Shown: positions 39,925-50,601 of the stretch, piece by piece | Position numbering within the stretch: the stretch's first letter is position 1 | How the letters are laid out: every line of letters starts with the position of its first letter | Origin: an uncultured Acidobacteriota bacterium | GTDB lineage: Bacteria > Acidobacteriota > JAQAZP01 | NCBI GenBank assembly: GCA_963836075.1 | Contig: CAWIIB010000009.1 | Coordinates: 3,008,001 to 3,072,000 of the forward strand | DNA length: 64,000 bases | Direction of reading: 5' to 3' | Notes under the pieces: generated by a model | Databases searched by the model: none | What the model was told of the DNA's origin: nothing | Seen by the model: only the letters and a program-made list of their open reading frames with translations | Translations under genes and position numbers: made by a program

Positions 39925-40473
39925 ATGGGAGAACCGGCGCAGACACCACTGGGCAGGGAGGCGCTCGAGCGGCTTTATTGCCGTCTCGAGAAGCCCCTGT
40001 ACAACGTGGTGTATCGCTGGGTCTGGAACGAGGAGGACGCCAGGGATCTGGTGCAGGAAGCCTTTGTCCGCCTGTGGCGGATGAGGCGGCGGGTGCGGGT
40101 GGAGACGGTGGAGCCGCTGGTCTACCGCATCGCGATCAATCTGGCCGCGAACCGGCGCCGTTCGCGAAAACTGTGGCGTTGGGCCTCGCTGAAAGCGGTC
40201 AGCGCCCGTGCCGCCGGGACGGTGGATGGCCTGCGGGCGCTGGAGTCCGCTGAACGCGAGGACGTCGTGCGCGGGGCGGTGAATGCCCTGCCCGAGCGGC
40301 TCAAGCGCGTCGTGCTGATGAGCGAGTTCAGCGGGATGACCTACGAACAGATCGGCCGGGCGCTGGGGATTCCGGCGGGCACCGTGGGGTCGCGCCGCCA
40401 CCAGGCCCTGAAGCAGCTGCGCCAGGCGCTCGGCCCGCTGATCGATAAAGGGGCACTGGAGAGAGGTAAATAA
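39925..40473 (+). CDS. ECF RNA polymerase sigma factor
   Basis: ARDLVQEAFVRLW, YRIAINLA, GMTYEQIG..LGIPAGTVGSR. Confidence 0.92.
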   Translation: MGEPAQTPLGREALERLYCRLEKPLYNVVYRWVWNEEDARDLVQEAFVRLWRMRRRVRVETVEPLVYRIAINLAANRRRSRKLWRWASLKAVSARAAGTVDGLRALESAEREDVVRGAVNALPERLKRVVLMSEFSGMTYEQIGRALGIPAGTVGSRRHQALKQLRQALGPLIDKGALERGK

Positions 40474-40862
40474 TGAACGGAAGGGCCAGTGGACTTTTTC
40501 CTGAGCTGACGCCGGCCCCGGGGGGCCTGCAGGCGCTGAGGCGGCGCCTGGACGAGGAGCCGGCCCGCCGGCACCGCCGGGTGCGCCGGCACGTCCTGGC
40601 CGCCTCGTTGGCCACGACGACGGTTGCCTGTGTGGTGGTCCTCCTGCTGGCCATGCCCGTCCCGGGGACCGTTTCCAGCGTCGCGGCCCTGCGCATCGAC
40701 GCCGACCTCAACCCCGCTCTGATCCGGCTGGGTGTGGCCGAACCGGCGGCTGAGCCGGTGACCGTCCCCCGGGATCACCGGACCAGTGTGGCCGTGGAGC
40801 GGGTGGATGTGGACAACCCGAAGGTCGTTTTCTACCGGGTCTCCGTCCTGCCGGCATCCTAG
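40473..40862 (+). CDS. Small single-TM protein, putative anti-sigma factor
   Basis: Overlaps the sigma stop codon; one TM. Confidence 0.55.
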   Translation: MNGRASGLFPELTPAPGGLQALRRRLDEEPARRHRRVRRHVLAASLATTTVACVVVLLLAMPVPGTVSSVAALRIDADLNPALIRLGVAEPAAEPVTVPRDHRTSVAVERVDVDNPKVVFYRVSVLPAS

Positions 40863-40881
40863 AGTCAATACGGACCACGAA

Positions 40882-40913
40882 ACAAAGGGACCGGCGAGAG
40901 CCGGTCCCTTTGT
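40882..40913. terminator. Bidirectional intrinsic terminator
   Basis: Perfect 14-bp stem ACAAAGGGACCGGC-GAGA-GCCGGTCCCTTTGT between convergent genes. Confidence 0.85.
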
Positions 40914-40937
40914 AGTGTTGTCTCACTTGCGGGAGGT

Positions 40938-43082
40938 TTATTCCCCCTTCTCGAAGATGGCCATGTCCACATCGCCGTCAAGGACATATTCGCTGAAGGT
41001 GACGCTCATGTAGTCCTCACCCTCGAGGCTGATGGTGACCAGCGCCGGGCCCGGGATGCCGTCATAGTCGGCCCACTCCCGCACCACCTCGGTCAGCTCG
41101 CCGGGCCCTGACATGGTCTCGCCCACAAAGCGGCGGCCAATGACCCGGCCGTTCTCCGCGGAGAGGTAGACTGTGGTGCTGCGCTCGAAGCGGTCACCGA
41201 TCACCACCCGGTGGGCGGCGGTCCCTTCGAAATCCACGTCGTCGACGTACTGGAAGGTCCAGTCCCCGCTGTCCACCCCGCGCAGGATGTGGTCCATGTC
41301 ACGGGCAAACTCCTTGGTGAAGTCCTCTGCCGCCGCCGGCTGTTTCTGGCCCCCCATCTCCTGCCAGCCCTCGGTGCCGTCGAATACGCGGATCATCGAC
41401 CCGAAGGGCAGGGTCAGCTTGGACCAGCTCTTGTCAGGGAACACGGTCCAGGACTCGGCGGAGATGCCCATCTCGCCCTGGGGCGTGGAGACGGTGATGT
41501 CCGATTTGGAGAAGACGTTCTTCGCCGCCAGCATCTTTTCGCCGCCGTGGGCCTGCGCCGCCGCCTTCATCAGTTCGGTGCCCCGGGCCAGCGACTCGGG
41601 GGTCGCCTCGGGGATCTCCTCGGAGGCCGGCGGGTCGGGGATGGTGATGTCCACCACCTGCACTTCGCCGTACCCGGAGAGCGGTTTGTCGAATTTCTCC
41701 GGGTCGCCCACCACCATCAGCACCATCTTCTCGGGGTGCCAGTATTCCCGGGCCACGCGGTTGACGTCGGCCACGGTCACGCCCTCGATGCTGGTTTTGT
41801 ACTTCATCAGGAAGTCGGACGGGTAGCCGTAGTAGTCGTAGGTCAGCAGGCGGTTGATCACCTCACCGGTGGAGTCGAAGTTGAAGACAAAGGAATTGAG
41901 GATGGCCTGCCGGGCCTGGTTCACCTCGTCCTGGGTCACGCCGCCCTCGATCAGCTTGGCCAGCTCGCTCTTCAGCAGGTCGATGGTGTAGCCGGTGTTC
42001 TCCAGGCTGGTGAAAGTGTAGATCTGCGCGTCGCCGGGATAGCCGTAGTTGGCGCTCACCCCGCCGCTGACCCCGTAGGTCAACCCTTCGGCGGTGCGCA
42101 CGGCGCGCATCAGCCGGCTGGTGAACCCCGAGGTGCCGAAGATCTCGTTCATCACCTGGATGGCGAAATAGTCGGGGTTGTCCCGGGTGGTGCCCAGGTG
42201 ACCCATGGCGATGTAGCTCTGGTTGAGGTCGGTCTTCTCCACCAGGTTCACCGACGCCGTCACTTCGGGGATCGCGGGGTAGGCGGGGAACTCCGGCGCG
42301 CCGGCTTCCCAGCCGGCAAAGGCCTGCTCCACCTGGGCGGTGATGGTCTCCGGGTCGATGTCGCCCCAGACGGCGAGGATGCAGTTCTCGGGGTGGAACC
42401 AGGTGCCGTGGAACGCCACCATGTCATCCCGGGTGATGCCGGCCAGGTGCTCGTATTCCATGTTCCGGGCGTAGACGCTGTCCGGCCCGTAAATCTTGCG
42501 GTAAAACTCGCGGTTGAGGATGCCATTGGGATCGTCGTTGCGCCGCGAGATGCCGCTCTTGGCCTCGATCATCGTCAGGTCGATCTTGTCCTGGGGGAAG
42601 GCCGGGTTGCGGATCACGTCGGCGAAGATCCCCAGCACCTGCTCGAAGTTCTCGGTGAGGCAGTTCAGGGTGGCGAAACCCGAATCGTCGCCGATGCCGA
42701 TTTCCACCCGTGCGGCGATCCCTTCCAGCAGGTCGTCCAGCTCGTCTCCGGGATGGTCCGCGGTGCCGCCGGTGCGCATCACGCTGCCGGTGATCCCGGC
42801 CAGGCCCACCTTGTCCGCCGGGTCGAGGAAACCGCCGGTGCGGATGATCATCCGCGCGTTGACCAGCGGCAGGTCGTTGTCCGGCAGGTAGTAGAGTTTC
42901 ATCCCGTTGGCCAGCACGGTCTGCTGCACCTCGGGGACCGTCAGTTCGCGCAGATCGGGATAGGTCAGTTTTTCATGCGGGCGTTTCTTGTCGCAGAACG
43001 CCGGCCCGGCCAGCACCGCGGATATGACGAATGCCGCGGCCAGGACGAGCGTAAGCAAGCTCGTGGCGTGATTTCTTCTCAT
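40938..43082 (-). CDS. M16 peptidase, non-catalytic subunit with C-terminal extension
   Basis: LANGMK; no HxxEH; SRL..VRT.EGLTY R/Y motif; extra ~230-aa C-terminal domain. Confidence 0.85.
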   Translation of the reverse strand: MRRNHATSLLTLVLAAAFVISAVLAGPAFCDKKRPHEKLTYPDLRELTVPEVQQTVLANGMKLYYLPDNDLPLVNARMIIRTGGFLDPADKVGLAGITGSVMRTGGTADHPGDELDDLLEGIAARVEIGIGDDSGFATLNCLTENFEQVLGIFADVIRNPAFPQDKIDLTMIEAKSGISRRNDDPNGILNREFYRKIYGPDSVYARNMEYEHLAGITRDDMVAFHGTWFHPENCILAVWGDIDPETITAQVEQAFAGWEAGAPEFPAYPAIPEVTASVNLVEKTDLNQSYIAMGHLGTTRDNPDYFAIQVMNEIFGTSGFTSRLMRAVRTAEGLTYGVSGGVSANYGYPGDAQIYTFTSLENTGYTIDLLKSELAKLIEGGVTQDEVNQARQAILNSFVFNFDSTGEVINRLLTYDYYGYPSDFLMKYKTSIEGVTVADVNRVAREYWHPEKMVLMVVGDPEKFDKPLSGYGEVQVVDITIPDPPASEEIPEATPESLARGTELMKAAAQAHGGEKMLAAKNVFSKSDITVSTPQGEMGISAESWTVFPDKSWSKLTLPFGSMIRVFDGTEGWQEMGGQKQPAAAEDFTKEFARDMDHILRGVDSGDWTFQYVDDVDFEGTAAHRVVIGDRFERSTTVYLSAENGRVIGRRFVGETMSGPGELTEVVREWADYDGIPGPALVTISLEGEDYMSVTFSEYVLDGDVDMAIFEKGE

Positions 43083-43140
43083 CTGGAGTTCCTCTCTTGT
43101 CTTCTTCATGGCCATGCTGTTGCCCTACAGTCACCAGTGC

Positions 43141-44655
43141 CTACTGCTCGAGGTCGGCCAGCGATTCCTGCGCTCCCACCGAGAGATTGGTGCGGGTGAA
43201 GACCTCATTGGCCACCCGCTGGATGTCCGCGCCGGTCACCGCCTCGATCCTCTCCACCTCCTGGAACATGGTGCGCCAGTCGCCGGTCATGGTGTGGTAG
43301 AAGGCCAACTGGTTGGCCATGCCGGTGTTCGAGTCCAGACCGCGGATGAAATCGGCCTTGGCCCTGGTCTTCAGCTTGGTCAGCTCCTGTTCGGAGACCG
43401 GTTCGTTCTTCAGCTTGTCGATCTCTTCCCAGATGGCCTGCTCCACTTCGGCGTTGGTATGGCCCTTGGAGGGAACGCCGATGAAGAGGAAGAGCCCGGG
43501 ATACTTGGACCCCGGCAGGCCGGTGAGGGTCATCGCGGCGATGGCGATCTGCTTTTCCTTGACCAGGCTCTTGTGCAGCCGTGAGCTGCGGCCTGCGCCC
43601 ATGACGTCGGAAATGGCGTCATACACCGCCCGTTCGGGGTGGTTGAACCCCGGCTTGTGGAAGCCCATGATCAGCAGCGGCTGGGCTTCCTCGTAGGTTA
43701 CCACCCGCCGCTCGGCGTTCTGCTGCGGTTCCACGGTGGTCACCGGCGAGGGCTTGGGCCCCCGGGGGATGGCGCCAAAATACTTCTCGATCACCGGGAA
43801 GGCTTCGTCAGGGTAGACGTCCCCGGCCACCGCCACAACCATGTTGCTCGGGTTGTAGTATTTGCGGAAGAAATTCTCGCACTTTGTCCGGTCCATGTTC
43901 TGGACATCGGACATGTGGCCCACCACCGGCACGCCGTAGGGGTGAGCCTTGTAAGCCACCGCCAGGTATTCTTCCAGCAGCCGGCCGATGGGGTTCGAGT
44001 CGGTGCGCATCCGCCGCTCTTCGGCCACCACCTGGACCTCGGCGTAAAACTCACGGAACACCGGATCGATGAAGCGGTCCGACTCGAGCACCGCCCAGAG
44101 CTCCAGGCGGTTCGACGGCAGGCTGTAGTAGTAGGTCGTGGTGTCGTAGCCGGTCCCGGCGTTGAGCCCCTGCACCCCTTCGCGGTTCAGGATCTCGTCC
44201 ATCTCGTTGCTGATCACGTATTGCCGGGCTTCGTCCTTGGCCTCCTCCAGCACCTTCTCCAGTTCGGCCAGTTTTTCGGGCGACGCCAGTTCACCCTTCA
44301 TGCGCTCGGCCATGATCGCGGCAAAGGCCTGGTCCTCGGCGGCCATGGCCTCGGCCTCCGCCTTGCGGTCCCGGCCCCCCACGGTGCCGGTGCCCTTGAA
44401 GGCCATGTGCTCCAGGATGTGGGCCAGGCCGGTGATGCCGTGGACCTCGTCCGAGGCGCCCACGTTGGCCTGGGTGACGAAGGAGATCACCGGTGCGTCG
44501 TGGTTCTCATAGATGATCACCTTCAGGCCGTTGGACAGCGTTTTCTCGTGGATCCGGGTCTGCACATCCTCGAACCCGTCACCGGCGAATACGGCCGGCG
44601 CGACGAGGATCGCAAGGGCTGCCAGCAGCGGCAGCAGCTTTCCTGCTCTTTTCAT
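43141..44655 (-). CDS. M16 zinc peptidase, catalytic subunit
   Basis: GLAHILEHMAFKG (HxxEH); VAEERRMR; YYNPSN. Confidence 0.92.
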   Translation of the reverse strand: MKRAGKLLPLLAALAILVAPAVFAGDGFEDVQTRIHEKTLSNGLKVIIYENHDAPVISFVTQANVGASDEVHGITGLAHILEHMAFKGTGTVGGRDRKAEAEAMAAEDQAFAAIMAERMKGELASPEKLAELEKVLEEAKDEARQYVISNEMDEILNREGVQGLNAGTGYDTTTYYYSLPSNRLELWAVLESDRFIDPVFREFYAEVQVVAEERRMRTDSNPIGRLLEEYLAVAYKAHPYGVPVVGHMSDVQNMDRTKCENFFRKYYNPSNMVVAVAGDVYPDEAFPVIEKYFGAIPRGPKPSPVTTVEPQQNAERRVVTYEEAQPLLIMGFHKPGFNHPERAVYDAISDVMGAGRSSRLHKSLVKEKQIAIAAMTLTGLPGSKYPGLFLFIGVPSKGHTNAEVEQAIWEEIDKLKNEPVSEQELTKLKTRAKADFIRGLDSNTGMANQLAFYHTMTGDWRTMFQEVERIEAVTGADIQRVANEVFTRTNLSVGAQESLADLEQ

Positions 44656-44718
44656 TTGACTCCTCCAGTTGATGGCTGGGCCGGGGACCGGCGGTCTCCG
44701 GCAAAATAAAACTGTGTT

Positions 44719-45216
44719 TCACTCTTCCATGGATATCTCGTCGGGCAGCTCGTTGACGTCGTCTTCCTGCCAGGGGAAGAACGCGGCAAGCTTTTCGCCC
44801 GCGCTGGCGATCCCGGCCACAATGCCGCCGGCAAAGTCGTTGCGGCAAAAATACCCGGCCATTTCCCGGGAGGTCTCCTCCCAGAAGCCATCGGGCACTT
44901 TCTCGTTTATGCCCTGGTCGCCGATGATGGCGAACCGCTTCTTTTTCAGGCCGAGAAAAATGAGCACCCCGTTCCGTGCCTCGGTCCGGTGCATCCCCAG
45001 TCGCCTGAAAACCACCACCGCCGCCCGGTAGGGGTTGCGTCCGGCCTTCCGCGCCAGGTGAACCCGGATCTCGCCGGAGGTGATCTTTTCCGCGGCGGCC
45101 ACGGCATCGACGATCCGGCGTTGTTCCTCGACGGTGAGGAAGGTCATCGGATCATTGCCCCGCTTCACCGGCGCTTGCGGCTCTCTCTGCTCTTCCCCCA
45201 TACTATCTTTTTCCAT
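44719..45216 (-). CDS. TPM-domain protein
   Basis: AEKITSGEIRVH, RNGVLIF, IIGDQGI, NELPDEI. Confidence 0.85.
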   Translation of the reverse strand: MEKDSMGEEQREPQAPVKRGNDPMTFLTVEEQRRIVDAVAAAEKITSGEIRVHLARKAGRNPYRAAVVVFRRLGMHRTEARNGVLIFLGLKKKRFAIIGDQGINEKVPDGFWEETSREMAGYFCRNDFAGGIVAGIASAGEKLAAFFPWQEDDVNELPDEISMEE

Positions 45217-45237
45217 TTCGATCCAGTCCTATGATTC

Positions 45238-46026
45238 CTACCAGCTTCCCGTGGCCCCGCCCCCGCCAAAACTGCCGCCGCCTGGCGAGAACCCTCCTCC
45301 TCCGCCACCTCCGCCGGACCATCCGCCCCCGCTGCCGGTGTAGCTGCCGCGGCCGCCGCCGAGAATGAGAAACCACATCAGGGCCGACCGGCCGCGCCGG
45401 CCGCCGAAGATGAAAATGAGGATGAAGATCAGCGGGATGATCAGCCCGCCGAATCCCTTCTTGCTGCGTTGGCTTTGGCTGTTGCCACCGGCCGGGGCGC
45501 TGTATTCACCCTCGATGGCCCGCATGGCCGCCGACATCCCCGCCGCGATCCCGCCGGGAAAATCACCCTGGCGGAAGCGCGGGGTGACCTCGTTGTTGAT
45601 GATCCGGATGGCCAGCGCATCGGGCAGGGCGCCTTCCAGCCCATAGCCCACCTCGAAGCGGACTTTCCGCTCCTTGACGAAGACCACCAGGATCAGCCCG
45701 TTGTCATTGTTCCGGCTGCCCACCTTCCATTTTTCGGCCAGACGGATGGAGACGTCCTCAGGCACGCCGCCCTCGGTGCTCTCGAACGTCGCCACCAGCA
45801 ACTGGTTGGTGGTGCGCCGCTCGAAATCGGCCAGGGTCCGCTCCAACTCGGCCCGCTGGGCCGGAGTGAGCAGGCCGGCGTAGTCGTTGACCCGCGCCGC
45901 CGGGCGGTCGGGATAGACGAGGTCGGCGGTCAGCAGCGGCGCCGGAGCTGCCAGGGACAGCAGGAGCGTCAGCACCGCCACCGCCCTGAACAGCCCCCAA
46001 CCTGCACCGCTGATTGCGGAGTTCAT
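45238..46026 (-). CDS. TPM-domain protein (YgcG-like) with Gly-rich tail
   Basis: VNDYAGLL, DNGLIL, EVGYGLEG.LPD, GGGSFGGGGATGSW. Confidence 0.9.
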   Translation of the reverse strand: MNSAISGAGWGLFRAVAVLTLLLSLAAPAPLLTADLVYPDRPAARVNDYAGLLTPAQRAELERTLADFERRTTNQLLVATFESTEGGVPEDVSIRLAEKWKVGSRNNDNGLILVVFVKERKVRFEVGYGLEGALPDALAIRIINNEVTPRFRQGDFPGGIAAGMSAAMRAIEGEYSAPAGGNSQSQRSKKGFGGLIIPLIFILIFIFGGRRGRSALMWFLILGGGRGSYTGSGGGWSGGGGGGGGFSPGGGSFGGGGATGSW

Positions 46027-46634
46027 CAGAACTGGACCTCCGGAGCCTGGTCAGCGCCGGCCGCCGCCTCAAAGTAGGGGATCTGGCTGAAACCGGACAT
46101 GGAGGCCACCACCGATGCCGGGAACTTGCGAATCGTGGTGTTGTAGGACTGGGCCACCTCGTTGAACCGGCGGCGCTCCTGGGTGATCCGGTTCTCCGTC
46201 CCTTCCAGCTGCACCTGGAGTTCGAGGAAATTCTGGTTGGCCTTCAGTTCGGGATACCTCTCCACCACCACCATCAGCCGGCCCAGCGCGGCGCCCAGGC
46301 CGTCCTGTGCCGACTGGAACTGGGCCAGCGCGGCCGGATTGCCCATCAGTTTCGACGGGTCCACCTGGATCGACGAGGCCTTGGACCGCGCTTCGGTCAC
46401 CTCGGTGAAGGTCTCCTGTTCGTGCTCGGCGTAGCCCTTCACCGTGGCCACCAGGTTGGGGATCAGGTCGAGACGCCGCTGGTAGACGTTCTCCACCTGG
46501 GACCACTGGGACTTTACCGACTCTTCGGATTCCACCAGACCGTTGCGGACGCCGACAAACCACATGAAGACGGCGCCGACGATGGCCAGCAGAACCAGCA
46601 CCACGACACCGCACCCGATCATTCCCTTACTCAT
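46026..46634 (-). CDS. lemA: LemA-family protein
   Basis: YQRRLDLIPNLV, ERYPELKAN, LEGTENRI. Confidence 0.93.
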   Translation of the reverse strand: MSKGMIGCGVVVLVLLAIVGAVFMWFVGVRNGLVESEESVKSQWSQVENVYQRRLDLIPNLVATVKGYAEHEQETFTEVTEARSKASSIQVDPSKLMGNPAALAQFQSAQDGLGAALGRLMVVVERYPELKANQNFLELQVQLEGTENRITQERRRFNEVAQSYNTTIRKFPASVVASMSGFSQIPYFEAAAGADQAPEVQF

Positions 46635-46821
46635 CGATAGTATTCCTTTCATCTGTGCCGCCAACCCTGGCGGCGCCGCCACGGCGGCCGGTGATCATAA
46701 TGGACGTGGTATTCGGACCCGGTGCTAGCCGGGAACAAGGCTGTCATTGTAATATTACGAGCCTGTGGTGGGCAATTGTTTCACCGGGGTTTTTATCATA
46801 TCGGAACCGGCGGAGGATATC

Positions 46822-48042
46822 ATGGAACTGAATATCCCGGGAGTGGACCGGAAAGGGAACGCTCCCCGGGTGGTGGGCGGCCTGGAAAGCCTGTTCGGCG
46901 ATGCGGGACTGCTCTCGTCCCTGGAGGGCAAGGCCCTGGGCCTGCTGGCCAACCAGGCCTCGGTGGACCGCCGGCTCAACGGCGCCGCCGCGCTGTTCAT
47001 TGCCGACCGCGGCCTGGACCTCCAGGCCCTGTTCGGGCCCCAGCACGGAGCCCGGGGCGAGAAACAGGACAACATGGTGGAGTCCGACGACTACATCGAC
47101 CCGGCGTGCGGTCTCACCGTGTACAGCCTCTACGGGGAGCACCGCAAACCCACCGCGGAGATGCTGGCCGGCCTCGATGTCCTGGTGGTGGACCTGCAGG
47201 ACGTGGGCACCCGGGTCTACACCTTCATGAGCACCCTGGCCCTGGCCATGCAGGCCTGCCGGGAGACCGGCACCAGGGTGGTGGTGCTGGACCGCCCGAA
47301 CCCGGTGGGCGGCGAGGTGGTGGAGGGGCCGATGCTCGACCCCGGGTTCGTCTCCTTTGTGGGGCTCTGCCCGGTGCCGCTGCGCCACGGCCTGACCATC
47401 GGCGAGCTGGCCCGGCTCTACAACGACCACTTCGGCATCGGCTGTGCCCTGGATGTGATCGCTGCCGAGGGCTGGCGGCGGGAGATGCTTTTCCCCGACA
47501 CCGGCCTGCCCTGGGTCATGCCCTCTCCGAACATGCCCGCCTGGGATACCGCCCTGGTCTACCCGGGCACGGTGCTGGTGGAGGGGACCACGCTCTCCGA
47601 GGGGCGGGGCACCACGAGGCCGTTCCACCTGGTGGGCGCTCCGCTGCTGGACCCGGTGAAACTGGCCGGTGCGCTGGCGGAGGAGGGGCTGGAGGGCGTG
47701 ATCTTCAGGCCGGCCAGCTTTGAGCCCACCTTCCAGAAATGGGCCGGTCAGATGTGCGGCGGTGTGGAACTGCACGTCACCGACCCCTGGGCCTTCCGGC
47801 CGGTATCCGCTGCGGTGGCCCTGCTGGCTGCCGTCCGGGACCAGCGGGCCGACCAGCTGGGCTGGCGGGAGCCGCCCTACGAGTACGAGACGGAGAAGAT
47901 GCCCATCGACATCCTTTACGGTTCACCGGAACTGCGCCGGCACCTGGGGGAGGGGGGCGGCTGGCGGGACCTGGCCGCCGGCTGGCAGGAGGGCGAGGAC
48001 GCCTTTCGCGAACTTCGCCGGTCATATCTGCTGTATCACTGA
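46822..48042 (+). CDS. Exo-beta-N-acetylmuramidase NamZ (DUF1343) family
   Basis: LFGPQHG, DLQDVGTRVYT, LDRPNP, RHGLTIGE, PSPNMP, SEGRGTTRPF. Confidence 0.9.
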   Translation: MELNIPGVDRKGNAPRVVGGLESLFGDAGLLSSLEGKALGLLANQASVDRRLNGAAALFIADRGLDLQALFGPQHGARGEKQDNMVESDDYIDPACGLTVYSLYGEHRKPTAEMLAGLDVLVVDLQDVGTRVYTFMSTLALAMQACRETGTRVVVLDRPNPVGGEVVEGPMLDPGFVSFVGLCPVPLRHGLTIGELARLYNDHFGIGCALDVIAAEGWRREMLFPDTGLPWVMPSPNMPAWDTALVYPGTVLVEGTTLSEGRGTTRPFHLVGAPLLDPVKLAGALAEEGLEGVIFRPASFEPTFQKWAGQMCGGVELHVTDPWAFRPVSAAVALLAAVRDQRADQLGWREPPYEYETEKMPIDILYGSPELRRHLGEGGGWRDLAAGWQEGEDAFRELRRSYLLYH

Positions 48043-48055
48043 ATGAGGTAAGACC

Positions 48056-49057
48056 TTGACCCACCAGTTGACCCGGCGCGCCGTCGATGCCGCCCGCAGC
48101 GCCTGCGGTAATGCCCGGCCCTCCATCTGGTTTTCCGGCGGGGCGGATCCGGCCCTGCTGGACGCCCTGCCCGGCCTGGTGTCGGAACTTCCCGTCCGCC
48201 CGGTGCTGGTTGGCCGGACGGAACGGATCCGGGGCCTGGCCCGCCAGCGGGGCGTCGACCTGGACCTGGTGCAGATCGACGGCCCGGAGATGTCGGAGGA
48301 CCTGCCGGTCTTCGCCACCCGTCTGTTGGAGATGCGGCGCCGCAAGGGGCTCACCCCGCCGGCGGCGCAGCGCCTGGTGGGCGACCCCCTCGGCTTTTCG
48401 CTGATGGCCCTGCGCACCGGGCGGGCCGACGGTCTGCTCTGCACGGCGGGGATCGAACTGCCGGCCACTCTGCGGACCATCCTCCGGGTGATCGGCACTG
48501 CGGGGGCGGCGGAGCGCGCCTGCGGGCTGACCCTGGTCTCCGGCGGCGGTCGCCTGCTGCTGGCCGCCGACACCGTGCTGCACACCGAACCGGACGCCGA
48601 ACAGCTGGTGCGGATCGCGCTGCTGGCCGCCGGGGCCGCGCCGGCCCTCGGTGTGGAGCCGCGGGTGGCGCTGCTTTCGGCCTCGGACTACGGGAGCCTT
48701 CCCGGGCCGGGGGCGGAGCGGGTCAGGCAGGCGGCGGAAATGCTGAAGACCAGGCGGCCCGACTTGGAGACCGATGGTGAGATGCTGCCGGCCAGCGCCC
48801 TCGACCCCGCCCGGGTAGAGGCCCTGCACCCCCACTCCCGGACCCGCGGTGCGGCTGCCGTGCTGGTGTTTCCCGACCTGCAGTCGGCCCGGCTCTCTGT
48901 CCAGCTGGCCCGCCACGCCGGCGGCGCCGAGACCTCCGCATCCTTCCTCGCCGGGCTGGAGAAGCCGGTGAACTTTCTGCCCCTGCGGCCCTCCGCCGAC
49001 GACGTACTCTTCCTCACCGCCATGACTATCCTTGCCGCAATGTCGTGGAATAGGTGA
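48056..49057 (+). CDS. Phosphate acetyl/butyryltransferase-fold protein, divergent
   Basis: PRVALLS.S.YGS, DGEM...AL, VLVFPDLQSA, GLEKPV. Confidence 0.7.
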   Translation: MTHQLTRRAVDAARSACGNARPSIWFSGGADPALLDALPGLVSELPVRPVLVGRTERIRGLARQRGVDLDLVQIDGPEMSEDLPVFATRLLEMRRRKGLTPPAAQRLVGDPLGFSLMALRTGRADGLLCTAGIELPATLRTILRVIGTAGAAERACGLTLVSGGGRLLLAADTVLHTEPDAEQLVRIALLAAGAAPALGVEPRVALLSASDYGSLPGPGAERVRQAAEMLKTRRPDLETDGEMLPASALDPARVEALHPHSRTRGAAAVLVFPDLQSARLSVQLARHAGGAETSASFLAGLEKPVNFLPLRPSADDVLFLTAMTILAAMSWNR

Positions 49058-49060
49058 CTG

Positions 49061-50601
49061 TCACCTCTTCGGGTGGGAATCCAGTAGGGGGCCGAAGCGC
49101 TGGTGGCTCGATTTGCGGTCCCGGCGGGCCTTGTAGGCCCAGTAGGGGCGGTTGCCCAGGGCGAAGAGGCGGCGGAAGGGCCATGATTCCATCAGCATCA
49201 CCAGCGGTTTCCAGGCCAGGGCGGCGATGATCGGCCGCGGTACGCCCTGGTTGACCATCAGGAAGAGCATGTTGACCCAGCTCAGGCCGCGGTGGTGGTC
49301 CTCCTTGTGGTAGGAGTCCTCGCCGCCCCCGATGATGCCGTCGGCCAGGGCCTTGCGGTAGAGCTCGGTGCCGGGGAAGAAGGTCAGCGAGAAGAGCTGG
49401 AGCACGAAGGGCCGGGGCATCCGCAGTACGGCGCGGAGGGTCTCCAGCACCGCCGGTGTCTCCTCGTAGGGGTTTTCCAGGATCACGTCGTAGGCCGGAA
49501 TAACGTCCTCCGGGAGGTGCCGGTGGATCAGGGTCGCGCAGTGCACCAGTTTGTCGGCGGAGAAATACTTCCGCCGGTAGAGCTCGTTGGTCGAGCCGGC
49601 CGCCGACTGGATCCCCACTTCAACCCGCCGCAGGCCGGCATCCACCAGCAGTTTCAGCTTCTCCTCCTTCACCGACTGGACGCTGAGCAGGCAGAAGAAA
49701 GGGAAGTTGACGGCGTCCTTGTAACGCCGGCTGAACTCGGCCAGTTCCTCCAGGGAACCGTAGATGAAACAGTCGTCGGCGAAATTGATCCGGTTGAATT
49801 GCGGGAACCGCCGGCGCATCCACTCCAGCTCCCCCATCAGGTGGTCCACGCTGCGGCGGCGCACCGACTTCTGCTTCGAGTAGAGCTCCAGCAGCGCGTT
49901 GTTGATGCAGAAAGAGCAGTGGTAGGGGCAGCCGCGGGTCCACATGGTTTCATAGACCACGTGGTCCGGGCCGATGAAATTAACCCGGCCGCGGGACATC
50001 TCGGTGAGCAGTTCCTCACTCAACGGCACCACGCTGTCGCCAACCAGCACGAACTGGTCCGGCAGGTGGTAATCGGGGTAGGGGAGCGTGTCCAGGTCCT
50101 GGATCAGCGGCCGGGGCGGGTTGCTGACCAGGCTGCCGTTAGCTGTATACGCTATGTTCGGCATGCCGGCAATGTCCGTTCCTGCGTTCAGGGCATCGGC
50201 CAACTCGAGGACCGCACCCTCGCCTTCTCCCACGCAGACGAAATCGGCCACCCCGGCGCACTCGCCGGGGGCGATGGTGGGGTGCACCCCGCCCCAGACC
50301 GCCGGTATCCGGTTTTTTCTCGCACGGCGCGGGTCAGTTCGGAGATCTTGGGGAAGTAGTTGGTCATCAGCGAGTAGCCCACCAGCCGGCTGTCGCCGCA
50401 CAGCTCGGCCACCTGGTCCACCACCCGCTCGTTGTAGGTGCCGGCGAAATCGACGCCCTGTTCCATCACGGCGGCCAGGTCGGGCAGGAAGATCAGGCGG
50501 ACCTGGTGGCCCCCTTGCCGCAGATAGGCCGAGATGCTGCGGATGGAGAGGGCTGTGATGTCGAGATAGGGCGCGATCAGGGTGATATTCATCAGGGGCA
50601 T
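49061..50601 (-). CDS. B12-binding radical SAM enzyme, frameshifted near 50310
   Basis: N-terminal B12 domain (ORF 50188-50601) continues as IPAVWGGVHPT..GEGE, TRGCPYHCSFC in the other frame. Confidence 0.8.
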
